Shown: piece by piece, positions 39,510-51,670 of the stretch
How the letters are laid out: each line of letters starts with the position of its first letter
How positions within the stretch are numbered: the stretch's first letter is position 1
Assembly (NCBI GenBank): GCA_002269645.1
Contig: NIVC01001964.1
Location: 1 to 51,670 of the forward strand
Length of the DNA stretch: 51,670 nt
Direction of reading: 5' to 3'
Source of the DNA: Macrostomum lignano
Taxonomy: Eukaryota
Made by a program: the position numbers and the translations under genes
Notes under the pieces: model-generated
Databases searched by the model: none
Told to the model about the DNA's origin: nothing
What the model saw: only the letters and a program-made list of their open reading frames with translations

Positions 39510-39992
39510 CGCCTGCCTAGCCAGTCAGCTGATGACTACTGACTACTGACGTCATCGAAATCTATGGGACCTCCTTTTTTAAATACTATTCAATCTGTTT
39601 CTATTTACACATTATTTAAGTAAATTTATAATTTTTATCTATGCTAATCTACCATACAAAAAATATATGCTATAATCATGGCAGCCCCCGCTTTGTTTAG
39701 AACTCCTTTTTTAATCTGTTTTGCAAATTTTCATGACATTTTTGAACTACGAGTTATGTAGCCAGTTTTGACCACATCTGTACATAAATTTCTCGTTTAG
39801 TTCCTCATACTTATGGAAACTGTGACTTATTGTATCCATCGTTTGTTATAGTTCCCAATTATATAATACAGTCAGTTTGCTTTTGTTTAAACATGCGTAT
39901 CCAGAAATTGCACCAATATATGGTGTACTATTTTGCACGTTATGTGACTTTTTATTGGACTGATTTTGACTCGACCTTTTCCCTTGTATATT

Positions 39993-40530
39993 CATCTTTC
40001 TCTTGTCTGTCTCCGTCTTTCTCTCGTCTGTCTCCGTCTTTCTCTGTCTGTCTCCGTCTTTCTCTTGCCTGTCTCCGTCTTTCTCTTGCCTGTCTCCGTC
40101 TTCTCTCGTCTGTCTCCGTCTTTCTCTCGTCTGTCTCCGTCTTTCTCTGTCTGTCTCCGTCTTTCTCTCGCCTGTCTCCGTCTTTCTCTCGTCTGTCTCC
40201 GTCTTTCCCTTGCCTGTCTCCGTCTTCTCTCGTCTGTCTCCGTCTTTCTCTTGCCTGTCTCCGTCTTTCTCTCGTCTGTCTCCGTCTTTCTCTTGCCTGT
40301 CTCCGTCTTTCTCTCGTCTGTCTCCGTCTTTCCCTTGCCTGTCTCCGTCTTTCTCTTGCCTGTCTCCGTCTTTCTCTTGCCTGTCTCCGTCTTCTCTCGT
40401 CTGTCTCCGTCTTTCTCTTGCCTGTCTCCGTCTTTCTCTTGCCTGTCTCCGTCTTTCTCTCGTCTGTCTCCGTCTTTCTCTCGTCTGTCTCCGTCTTTCC
40501 CTTGCCTGTCTCCGTCTTTCTCTTGTTCGT
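39993..40530. repeat. Pyrimidine-rich minisatellite, 20/21-bp unit (CTGTCTCCGTCTTTCTCTCGT), ~26 copies
   Basis: Direct reading. Confidence 0.96.
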
Positions 40531-41407
40531 CTTCACCCGTCCCGCTCCTATCCAGTTTTTTATTGACATCTACGTGTGCAGCATATACTACTAACTTCAG
40601 CTCAGCGCCGTAAAAAGATACAATGGCCCTCCACCAGCCAAATAGTTGAAAATAACTTTGCCAATTAAGCCAAATCATTGCTTGCAGTGCAGTCGGCATT
40701 GCCCATGCATGCATGTACTTTTAGTAATATAACAAGAGCCGCGCCAGTACAGCCTGAATCCCGCTAAAAGCAGTTTTCAATTATAGAAAAAAAGCACGCG
40801 CAAAATGTGCCGGCAGGCAATCCTCACAGCAAACTCGCTAGCAAATGACGTTTGCCGAATATCTCCCCGCATGTCTTGCTCGCTGACCGAAAGAGGCCAG
40901 GTTGCTGCGGTGAGAAAAACACTGTTTTCTTCTGTACTCAAAAAGGCATGCATTTTGTGTTCAGTCAACTTTGGCGCTAAAGCACTTCTTTTATCTTTCC
41001 TGCTTTCGACTCTGCTTTTTCTGTTTTTTGAGCCAGAGATTGCAGTTTATCCTGTCCAAAGTCTAAAGACATTCTGTTTCCTCTCTCCGCTCTCATCTCT
41101 GCTAGTGTTTTGCGCGAGTTTTACACAGCCATGAAACTTTTTTCTATTTGACTGAAAGCCCTTCTTATCAGGCTGGCTTGGCTTGTAAATTATGAAAACA
41201 ATTCTAAATGTGCGAGCGCGACTTTTGTGCTGAAAGGAGATCATGCAGACGGGTAGGTTGCATAAAAACGTACTTGGTGCACTTTTAACTAAGCTGGGCA
41301 GCATTATGCAGGGAGTGGTTTTCATTATGATAATGAGGTGTGGATATTTCGTTGTATATTTGGCAGCCTTGCAGCCAGAGACAGGGGCTCACTGGAAACT
41401 CATTTTT

Positions 41408-44300
41408 GTCACCCTGACACACTCGCTTTGGTGCACCCTGACACACTCGCTTTGGTGCACCCTGACACACTCGCTTTGGTGCACCCTGACACACTCGCTT
41501 TGGTGCACCCTGACACACTCGCTTTGGTGCACCCTGACACACTCGCTTTGGTGCACCCTGACTCACTCGCTTTGGTGCACCCTGACACACTCGCTTTCTC
41601 ACCCTGACACACTCGCTTTCTCACCCTGACACACTCGCTTTGCCACCCTGACACACTCGCTTTCTCACCCTGACACACTCGCTTTGCCACCCTGACACAC
41701 TCGCTTTGCCACCCTGACACACTCGCTTTCTCACCCTGACTCACTCGCTTTCTCACCCAGACTCACTCGCTTTGCCACCCTGACACACTCGCTTTCTCAC
41801 CCTGACTCACTCGCTTTGCCACCCTGACACACTCGCTTTGGTGCACCCTGACACACTCGCTTTGGTGCACCCTGACACACTCGCTTTGGTGCACCCTGAC
41901 ACACTCGCTTTGGTGCACCCTGACACACTCGCTTTGGTGCACCCTGACACACTCGTTTTGGTACACCCTGACACACTCGCTTTGCTGCACCCTGACACAC
42001 TCGCTTTGCCACCCTGACACACTCGCTTTGGTGCACCCTGACACACTCGCTTTGGTGCACCCTGACACACTCGCTTTGGTGCACCCTGACACACTCGCTT
42101 TCTCACCCTGACTCACTCGCTTTCTCACCCTGACTCACTCGCTTTCTCACCCTGACTCACTCGCTTTCTCACCCTGACTCACTCGCTTTCTCACCCTGAC
42201 ACACTCGCTTTCTCACCCTGACACACTCGCTTTGCCACCCTGACACACTCGCTTTGGTGCACCCTGACACACTCGCTTTGGTGCACCCTGACACACTCGC
42301 TTTGGTGCACCCTGACACACTCGCTTTGGTGCACCCTGACACACTCGTTTTGGTACACCCTGACACACTCGCTTTGGTGCACCCTGACACACTCGCTTTG
42401 CCACCCTGACACACTCGCTTTGGTGCACCCTGACACACTCGCTTTGGTACACCCTGACACACTCGCTTTGGTGCACCCTGACACACTCGCTTTCTCACCC
42501 TGACTCACTCGCTTTCTCACCCTGACTCACTCGCTTTCTCACCCTGACACACTCGCTTTCTCACCCTGACTCACTCGCTTTGCCACCCTGACACACTCGC
42601 TTTGGTGCACCCTGACTCACTCGCTTTGCCACCCTGACACACTCGCTTTGGTGCACCCTGACACACTCGCTTTGGTGCACCCTGACACACTCGTTTTGGT
42701 ACACCCTGACACACTCGCTTTGCTGCACCCTGACACACTCGCTTTGCCACCCTGACACACTCGCTTTGGTGCACCCTGACACACTCGCTTTGGTGCACCC
42801 TGACACACTCGCTTTGGTGCACCCTGACACACTCGCTTTCTCACCCTGACTCACTCGCTTTCTCACCCTGACTCACTCGCTTTCTCACCCTGACACACTC
42901 GCTTTCTCACCCTGACTCACTCGCTTTCTCACCCTGACTCACTCGCTTTCTCACCCTGACACACTCGCTTTCTCACCCTGACTCACTCGCTTTGCCACCC
43001 TGACACACTCGCTTTGGTGCACCCTGACACACTCGCTTTAGTGCACCCTGACACACTCGCTTTGCCACCCTGACACACTCGCTTTGGTGCACCCTGACAC
43101 ACTCGCTTTCTCACCCTGACACACTCGCTTTGCCACCCTGACACACTCGCTTTCTCACCCTGACACACTCGCTTTCTCACCCAGACTCACTCGCTTTGCC
43201 ACCCTGACACACTCGCTTTCTCACCCTGACACACTCGCTTTGCCACCCTGACACACTCGCTTTGGTGCACCCTGACACACTCGCTTTGGTGCACCCTGAC
43301 ACACTCGCTTTGGTGCACCCTGACACACTCGCTTTGGTGCACCCTGACACACTCGCTTTCTCACCCTGACTCACTCGCTTTCTCACCCTGACTCACTCGC
43401 TTTGCCACCCTGACACACTCGCTTTCTCACCCTGACACACTCGCTTTCTCACCCAGACTCACTCGCTTTGCCACCCTGACACACTCGCTTTCTCACCCTG
43501 ACACACTCGCTTTGCCACCCTGACACACTCGCTTTGGTGCACCCTGACACACTCGCTTTGGTGCACCCTGACACACTCGCTTTGGTGCACCCTGACACAC
43601 TCGCTTTGGTGCACCCTGACACACTCGCTTTCTCACCCTGACTCACTCGCTTTCTCACCCTGACTCACTCGCTTTGCCACCCTGACACACTCGCTTTGGT
43701 GCACCCTGACTCACTCGCTTTGCCACCCTGACACACTCGCTTTGGTGCACCCTGACACACTCGCTTTGGTGCACCCTGACACACTCGCTTTGCCACCCTG
43801 ACACACTCGCTTTGGTGCACCCTGACACACTCGCTTTGGTGCACCCTGACACACTCGCTTTGGTGCACCCTGACACACTCGCTTTGCCACCCTGACACAC
43901 TCGCTTTGGTGCACCCTGACACACTCGCTTTCTCACCCTGACTCACTCGCTTTCTCACCCTGACTCACTCGCTTTCTCACCCTGACACACTCGCTTTCTC
44001 ACCCTGACTCACTCGCTTTGCCACCCTGACACACTCGCTTTGGTGCACCCTGACACACTCGCTTTCTCACCCTGACACACTCGCTTTGGTGCACCCTGAC
44101 ACACTCGCTTTGGTGCACCCTGACACACTCGCTTTCTAACCCTGACTCACTCGTTTTCTCACCCTGACACACTCGCTTTGCCACCCTGACTCACTCGCTT
44201 TGCCACCCTGACACACTCGCTTTCTCACCCTAACACGCTCGCTTTCTCAGCCTGACACACTTGCTTTGGTACACCCTGACACATATTTACGTAACCCTGA
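41408..44300. repeat. Large minisatellite, 22/24-bp variant units (ACCCTGACACACTCGCTTT + GGTGC/GCC/CTC), ~125 copies
   Basis: Direct reading; higher-order block duplication (43177 vs 43449, 272 bp apart). Confidence 0.97.
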
Positions 44301-44728
44301 CACAGATCAAATTAACCTTGACGCAGGTTTAGGCAACTCCGACAGATTTAGGCAACTCTGACACAGATTTAGGCAACGCCGACTCTCCCATTGTATTGAA
44401 CCCATTTGGTAAGCTATGGCTCTCGCAGGATGAAGTACTTGCCGCAAATTACCCTCTCAATACCTAAGTTAACTGGTCAGTTTTTCATTAGAAAAAATCG
44501 CCACACGCGCGCGACTTTCAGCGCTGGCACAGAATTGAATTGGAAAATGCGAGCTGTGAACAGGCACCAGCCAATGAGGGCCCGAGAAGCAGAAAAACCC
44601 AGGCCCGTGCGCCACACAATAATTAGGTCTGCATGTGGTCATGAATCGAGCGAGTCGGTGACAAGATGCCGCTCCGACTGCGCCTCCGGCGTTCCGTTTC
44701 GTCAGACCGCGGCCTCGTCGGCTGCTCC

Positions 44729-47700
44729 ATGACAGCGTCGGCTTCTTCAACGACGACGGTTTCGTCAGCTACGGCGACAGTTGATCAGCCTGCGACGGGA
44801 CTTCGTCGAGGCATCTCGCTGTCCGGCATCAGCCGCATGCTGTCCTCGTCGGCGTCAAATTCTTCTCTGTCGGCGACGTCGAAGACGGCCTCTAATACGA
44901 TGACGCTGGAGGATTGCTTCTCTGCTGCAGTCAGGCAGAACGATACGAGCGCCGTGCTGAGTCTGCTCTGCAGGCAGACGCAGAAGCGTGAGTTGCCTCC
45001 CATGCTACAATGTCTATAGGTTTGTGGGTCTGCCCCCGCTCTCTTTACAATGTCTATAGGTTTGTGGGTCTGCCCCCGCTCTCTTTACAATGTCTATAGG
45101 TTTGTGGGTCTGCCCCCGCTCTCTTTACAATGTCTATAGGTTTGTGAGTCTGCCCCCGCTCTCTTTACAATGTCTATAGGTTTGAGAGTCTGCCCCCGCT
45201 CTCTTTACAATGTCTATAGGTTTGTGGGTCTGCCCCCGCTCTCTTTACAATGTCTATAGGTTTGTGAGTCTGCCCCCGCTCTCTTTACAATGTCTATAGG
45301 TTTGTGAGTCTGCCCCCGCTCTCTTTACAATGTCTATAGGTTTGAGAGTCTGCCCCCGCTCTCTTTACAATGTCTATAGGTTTGTGAGTCTGCCCCCGCT
45401 CTCTTTACAATGTCTATAGGTTTGTGGGTCTGCCCCGCTCTCTTTACAATGTCTATAGGTTTGTGGGTCTATAGGTTTATGCCCCCGCTCTCTTTACAAT
45501 GTCTGTGGGTCTGCCGTTCCATTTCGTCAAGTTCGATATACTCGTATAATACAGCTCTCCTGTCGAAATGCATTGAAGCCGGGATTAATAAGCCTCGTGT
45601 CAGTTGTCAATAAAGTATTTGACAAGCTAAACCAACCAGATAAACAGACAGTTCCAAGTCACTGCGCTTATCAGCGTGCTCCGTAGTTACTCTGAAAGCT
45701 GGCTCCGCCAATGCAGCGCTTGTATTTTTCATCGAAGTAGCAGCAGCAACTGGCGAGTGTCTCACGAATATTTTCTCCCCCCCCCCTCTCTCGTCCTGCA
45801 CAAGCCATAGCAACTCTCCGCTGAACTACTTTGCACTTGTCACACGAGGCGACAAAGGCGCCTTCTTGCACCTTCTCTTCTTCTCACTCCGTTTCACCTC
45901 CTGCGTGTGTTTGGATGGCTTGCTTTCAGTCTGGCAGACAGGAGAAAAGATCGAAGAAATGGCGCGTTTAGATTGGGTCGGTCAGGAACTCTTTACCTGA
46001 AAGGTGGTCTTGTTTGCTAACTTTCTCTCTCTCCTGCTGAATCATTCATGCCCTCGTTCTCCTTGCACTTCCAAAATAGGACTTCTACAAAAGCACTTCT
46101 ACACTTCTACAGAAATCTGAATATATCAATAACTCAATCCCCTTTCGGTAATTACATAACTCTGTATCTGCTTGGGAGAACCTTCATGCGGCTACATCGT
46201 GACTTGTGGAGCGAATTGGACTTAATTTGCGCATATACTCTTTTGCATGGCAACTCAAAATTTGTATTGAGGCTTTAGAAATGTAATTTATGCTCATAGA
46301 ATGCCACCTTTAGAAACAGCTAGGCACTCAGCAGCTTCAGAACTGTCACATCCATCAGCTTCAGAACTGTCACCATCAGCTTCAGAACTGTCACACCCAT
46401 CAGATTCAGAACTGTCACATCCATCAGCTTCAAAACTGTCACACCCATCAGCTTCAGAACTGTCACACCCATCAGCTTCAGAACTGTCACACCCATCAGC
46501 TTCAGAACTGTCACATCCATCAGATTCAGAACTGTCACACCCATCAGCTTCAGAACTGTCACATCCATCAGCTTCAGAACTGTCACATCCATCAGATTCA
46601 GAACTGTCACATCCATCAGCTTCAGAACTGTCACACCCACCAGCTTCAGAACTGTCACACCTATCAGCTTCAGAACTGTCACACCCATCAGATTCAGAAC
46701 TGTCACATCCATCAGCTTCAGAACTGTCACACCCATCAGCTTCAGAACTGTCACACCCATCAGCTTCAGAACTTTCATAAATCATAGATTAAAAACCACA
46801 TATTTAAAAAGGAATGCAAGAGTGCATTTGTATGCTAAACACCTCCCATGCCTTGACTGCTTCAAAGCTGGACACAAAATCTGGAGCAAATTAATACCGG
46901 GTGAACTAAAACTTCCAATCTCTTCAAGTTGTGGCTCCCAAGTCTCGCCTCAGCCGACTGCTGCTCTGATTGATCGCTCGCCAAAAAAAATGAACCGCCG
47001 CTCCCCCCCCCCACCCAAAAAATCCATTGGATGATCCAGCCAGTAAAACACCAGCCAGCCCTGCATACTCTTGGCTGCTCACGGGCACAAGAGTCCTTGA
47101 TCTAGCAGCCGGTGCCTGAGCCTCCCCCCCCGGAATATTAGCAGTTCATTGTTTACATCAGAGAGAAGGGGAGAGAGGTTTCCAGAAACTTGGAAGCCTA
47201 TGGTCCCCAACTAACTAAAGCACTTGGGATGGGGGATTGGTGTTTGTAACCAGTGCTAATGCACTGCTAACGGCGAGAGGCTGGGTTAATAATAGGAATA
47301 AATCAGCGAGATGGAAGCCCACTAACTGACAAGTCCCTCCCTATGCATCCATAATGGTCTGTAATCGCTTTCAGTGCACTTTTGATTCGTTGCGGAAAAT
47401 TAGTCTGCATGATGAAGCATGCCAATCGGTAGATAAGTTCCCATGTCTTTTTCGTGTCACGTAAAGTGGTCAGCTAGATAGTGTCAGACCTGGATGTTGA
47501 AGTGTCAGCTAGATAGTGTCAGACCTGAATGTTGAAGTGTCAGCTAGATAGTGTCAGTCCTGGATGTTGAAGTGTCAGCTAGATAGTGTCAGACCTGGAT
47601 GTTGAAGTGTCAGCTAGATAGTGTCAGACCTGGATGTTGAAGTGTCAGCTAGATAGTGTCAGACCTGGATATTGAAGTGTCAGCTAGATAGTGTCAGACC

Positions 47701-48725
47701 TGTATGTTGAAGTGTCAGCTAGATAATGTTAGCACCTCGATTATCAAGGACCAGCAAGTGTGTCAGACCTAGATGTTAAAGTGTCAGCTAGATAGTGTCA
47801 GTCCTGGATGTTGAAGTGTCAGCTAGATAGTGTCAGACCTGGATGTTGAAGTGTCAGCTAGATAGTGTCAGACCTGGATGTTGAAGTGTCAGCTAGATAG
47901 TGTCAGACCTGGATATTGAAGTGTCAGCTAGATAGTGTCAGACCTGTATGTTGAAGTGTCAGCTAGATAATGTTAGCACCTCGATTATCAAGGACCAGCA
48001 AGTGTGTCAGACCTAGATGTTAAAGTGTCAGCGCGAGTGTCAGACTAGGATAAAAGTGTCAGCAAGAATGTCAGCAAGAGTGTCAGATAGCAGAAGCGCC
48101 GCCCGAATAGCCATCGGCATTGACATTGAGGGAAGCAGGCGGTTTTCAGCTGTCGCCCATTCCAACTGCCTGCATGCATGCTAGCCTTCCCTGCAATCAA
48201 AGGGGGGCAAAAGACACAGGCCATCAGGGACAAAAAGGTTTGAACCGCAACAAGGCCAGGATTATGCAATCAAAGGTCATGCGACCTCGGATCTGTTTTT
48301 TGCCATTCCGACAGACATCTCAGTGGGAAGGAGTGTACTGCACCCTCTCTATCTTTCTCTCTCTCTCTTTCTCTGCCTGTCTTTTCGTGACTGGCATGCC
48401 TTAGTAACTCGCTTTTGTCCTCTCTAATGAGCGCGAGAGAACCGACTTCGAGCTGCCTTCCTAGTGGCTGCATGGGATGACGTAATCAACAATCGGAGGG
48501 ACGGGTCGTATGCTCAGCAGCCGTCATCGATCTTAATCCTTTAAGTCCTCCGGGTTAATCCTGGTTGATATTAATGTTTATGAGCAACATGCTTACTCAC
48601 TCGTGAGCAAGCCAGATCAATACCTGATTGCAACTCAGGCCTCCTCTGTGCTCATCACCCACAGGCTCCCTGCTGGGCTCGTCTAGGCACAGGAAGATTA
48701 ACGTGAACTGCCAGCTGGGCTACGG
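44729..48725 (+). CDS. 5' part of a probable ankyrin-repeat protein (possibly TRP-channel-like); no further exon identified, may continue beyond the window
   Basis: Exon 1 is 44729-44987 (donor GTGAGT, phase 1) and candidate exon 2 is 48665-48725 (CCCACAG|..|GTGAGC). The splice gives LEDCFSAAVRQNDTSAVLSLLCRQTQK-RSLLGSSRHRKINVNCQLGYG, an ankyrin-like helix-helix plus 'INVNC' linker. CCAAT box at 44571. Confidence 0.55.
45005..45510. repeat. Intronic minisatellite, 40-bp unit (TTTACAATGTCTATAGGTTTGTGGGTCTGCCCCCGCTCTC), ~12 copies
   Basis: Begins ~17 bp after the exon 1 donor. Confidence 0.96.
46325..46775. repeat. Minisatellite, 24-bp unit (CATCAGCTTCAGAACTGTCACACC), ~19 copies
   Basis: Direct reading. 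Confidence 0.96.
47468..48032. repeat. Minisatellite, 35-bp unit (GTGTCAGCTAGATAGTGTCAGACCTGGATGTTGAA), with a ~240-bp higher-order duplication
   Basis: The interrupting sequence ...TAATGTTAGCACCTCGATTATCAAGGACCAGCAAG occurs twice, 240 bp apart. Confidence 0.95.
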
Positions 48726-49022
48726 GTGAGCGAATTTACCTGGCAAAATGTGCTCAGATAACTGTTCAAGCAGTCTACTTTACTATGATGATTTTTACTA
48801 TTATATGAACATGCATGAGTACATCGCGACAATATTGGTTTTGTTTTAATCTACTGTAAATGCCAGATTAAACTGCCTTTACAGTAACTAACTAAAAATC
48901 CTGAGATTCAGATTCAGAGACTACTAAAAGTAGACGGAATAATCGAAGAAAGTTTTTGTTTGTAGAAAATTTTTAATAGAATTTCAATAATAGTTTCTGC
49001 TATAGCCATCAAAAATTCTATG

Positions 49023-49262
49023 TAGGGGTGTTCGGGTTTCCATTTTGTTCGAAGCTCTAACCCGAACCCCGAACCAGGGGTTCGGGGTAAGGTAGCATAC
49101 TAGAATGATATTTATAACGATTAAAAAATTAAATATACGCGAAAAAAACCTGGAAATACTCGGTTTACGCTTAATTTCGTTTCAACTCGTAAAAATATTA
49201 AAAACCCGAAAACCCCGAATCCGACCCGAAACCCGACCCGACCCCGAACCCGAACACCCCTA
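49023..49262. mobile_element. hAT-like MITE (240 bp)
   Basis: TIRs TAGGGGTGTTCGGG / CCCGAACACCCCTA; 8-bp TSD ATTCTATG / ATTCTAAG (7/8 match); internal CCCGA subterminal repeats. Confidence 0.85.
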
Positions 49263-49689
49263 ATTCTAAGACATAAAGGACAAGTCAGTTATAAATAATT
49301 ATCGAATTTTAATCTATTAGTCAAAAGCTCTATTGCCTACTATCAAGAGTAGAGTAGTTAGCAACAGTGAAGTATAAAAGTTTTGCCGAGTTAATCAAAC
49401 ATCAGGATGCCGCATCAACCCTTGGATGGCCAAAATTTATGACCACCTCCGTGCTCTTTCGCTCTCCCTCTCCATCTCTCGAGCATATTGGCAAAGAAGT
49501 CAAACTGCAATATTTATCGATAGCACCCATGTGAGCAGAGCAGCAGAGCACTCATTCTCTGCGATGTGAACTGCAATAGTTGTCTGGGAAAAGTTGACTT
49601 CATTCAGTAAGTAGTAAATAGAACTAAGAACTAAGGTCGGCTGAAAATACCCTTGATGCAGCTTAGCGAGTCCGGTCGGATTTTAGGGA

Positions 49690-50672
49690 ATAATAAGAGA
49701 GGGGAGGTTGAGTGAGATGAGAGAGGGAGAGAGAGGAGTGAGATGAGAGACAGGGAATTAAGAGAGAAAACTGACATGAGAGAGAGGGAATTGAGAGAGG
49801 AAACTGACATGAGAGGGAGAGGAGTGAGATGAGAGGGGACTGAGATGAGGGAGAGGGGAGTGAGATGAGAGGGAGGACTGAGATGTGAGATGAGGGGGAC
49901 TGAGATGAGAGGGGGCTGAGATGAGAGAGGGACTGAGATGAGAGAGAGGGGAGTGAGATGAGAGGGGGGCTGAGATGCGGGAGAGGGGAATGAGATGAGA
50001 GAGAGGGAGTGAGATGAGAGAGAGGGAGTGAGATGAGAGAGAGGTGAGTGAGATGAGAGAGAGGGGAGTGAGATGAGAGAGAGGTGAGTGAGATGAGAGG
50101 GAGGACTGAGATGTGAGAGAGGGGACTGAGATGAGAGGGGGGCTGAGATGAGAGAGGGACTGAGATGAGAGAGAGGGGAGTGAGATGAGAGAGAAGGGAC
50201 TGAGATGAGAGAGAGGGGACTGAGATGAGAGGGGGGCTGAGATGAGAGAGAGGAAACTGAGATGAGAGAGAGGGGGGACTGAGATGAGAGGGGGCTGAGA
50301 TGCGGGAGAGGGGACTGAGATGAGAGAGAAGGGACTGAGATGAGAGAGAGGGGGACTGAGATGAGAGGGGGGCTGAGATGCGGGAGAGGGGAATGAGATA
50401 AGAGAGAGGAAACTGAGATGAGAGAGAGGGGACTGAGATGAGAGGGGGGCTGAGATGAGAGGGGGCTGAGATGAGAGGGGGACTGAGATGAGGGAGAGGG
50501 GAATGAGATGAGAGAGAGGAAACTGAGATGAGAGAGAGGGGGGACTGAGATGAGAGGGAGGCTGAGATGCGGGAGAGTGGAGTGAGATGAGAGAGAGAGG
50601 AAACTGAGATGAGAGAGAGGGGGACTGAGATGAGAGAGAGGGGGACTGAGATGAGAGAGATGGGACTGAGAT
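49690..50672. repeat. Degenerate GA-rich repeat (core GAGATGAGAG[A/G]nGGGACT)
   Basis: Strongly purine-skewed; TGAGATG recurs every ~16-24 bp. Confidence 0.93.
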
Positions 50673-51361
50673 TATATTAGGTTAGTGAGGTTGCAGAGTG
50701 GTGATAAAAGGCATAAAGTACATGTGAAGCCATGAGTAGCCAGCTAGTGAGAAAACTGCGATACAAACAGTGAGAGAGAGAGAACGGTGAAAGTGATCCA
50801 TGATGGTGCACACGCTGCAGTGCACGAGTGACTTCAGAAGGCAGTCTCGCTCCCTCCTCCCTGTCTGCAGCCCAGACGATTCAAAAAATTTGCATGCCAG
50901 GCTATCGCGGCAAAGTACGTTATAGTAAAGCAGAAACACGAGCATGTACGCCAGTGTTTGCTCTAGCAGTCTTCACCCCGTCATATTGCCCAGCTCCCAG
51001 TCTCGCCATCGCTAGCCTTCAATTACGCGCGGCTAATCCTTCTGAATCTTATCCTTTGGCGTTAGGCTGGCAGCGCTTAAGCTTATTTCTCATTCTCGTC
51101 TCTGCGCGCGGTGTCCTCTGTTGACTCTGGGCGCACACAGGGAGGAGAATTGAGGCCCGGATCAATTGGCATTGGTTTCTGAGGCTGTCTTAGCTTCATC
51201 TGTAATGCATCATCCATCTAGTCAGTCAATGCTACTTCCTTCTGGTGATAAAGCTCATTTCTAGAATCATTAACTATTAGAAGATGCAACTCAATTGAAG
51301 TTTGAAGGGGAGAAAGAGGGGAAGAGAGAAAGTCAAGGGTATGCAACGCAGTGTGAGATCC

Positions 51362-51670
51362 CATGGTTATCCCATAGTTATTCCATAGTTATTCCATAGT
51401 TATCCCCATAGTGATCCCCATAGTTATCCATAGTTATCCGATAGTTATTCCATAGCTATTCCACAGTCAATTCCATAATTATCCCATAGTTGTCCCATAG
51501 TTATCCCATGTTATCCCATAATTATCCATAGTCATTCCATTCTTATCCCATAGTTTCCCCATATTTATCCCTATAGTTATCCCATAATTATCCCCATTAG
51601 TTCTCCCTTAGTTCTCCCATAGTTATTCCATAATTATCCCATAGTTATTCTCATAGTTATGCCCATAGTT
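51362..51670. repeat. 10/11-bp repeat (TTATCCCATAG), runs off the window end
   Basis: Direct reading. Confidence 0.92.

Noticed and set aside
39830-44184. Many Arg/Glu-rich or Cys/Val-rich ORFs
   Set aside because: All derive from the 21-bp and 22/24-bp minisatellites.
50864-50913. Candidate third exon of the ankyrin-like gene
   Set aside because: The plausible reading is phase 1 and does not fit the phase-2 end of exon 48665-48725; the phase-2 reading shows no ankyrin motif.

Overview
This is eukaryotic (invertebrate metazoan) genomic DNA, not prokaryotic. The genes have GT-AG introns and GC3-rich exons, and about 19 kb (~37%, hand tally) is tandem repeat from more than 20 unrelated units. 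That pattern fits a minisatellite-rich genome such as a Macrostomum-like free-living flatworm, but the taxon is only an inference. Six spliced genes lie on the + strand: an unidentified 326-aa protein with a Cys motif (7528-9135), a synaptophysin-family MARVEL protein (19509-22829), NDUFB6 (25453-27384), DPM1 (31450-34483), an intact viperin/RSAD2 (37293-39509), and the 5' part of an ankyrin-repeat-like gene (from 44729). Mobile DNA includes a decayed mariner, a TG..CA solo-LTR-like insert with a 4-bp TSD, a Foldback/MULE-like element with a 9-bp TSD, a hAT-like MITE and a long palindrome. The most notable signal is the viperin upstream region. It carries four near-identical copies of a 13-bp STAT/GAS-containing motif (AATTTCCA[A/G]GAAA), an IRF-type GAAANNGAAA site and kappaB-like sites, which suggests interferon-like antiviral regulation in an invertebrate. 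Most ORFs in the supplied track are artefacts of minisatellites. Exon coordinates were read by hand.
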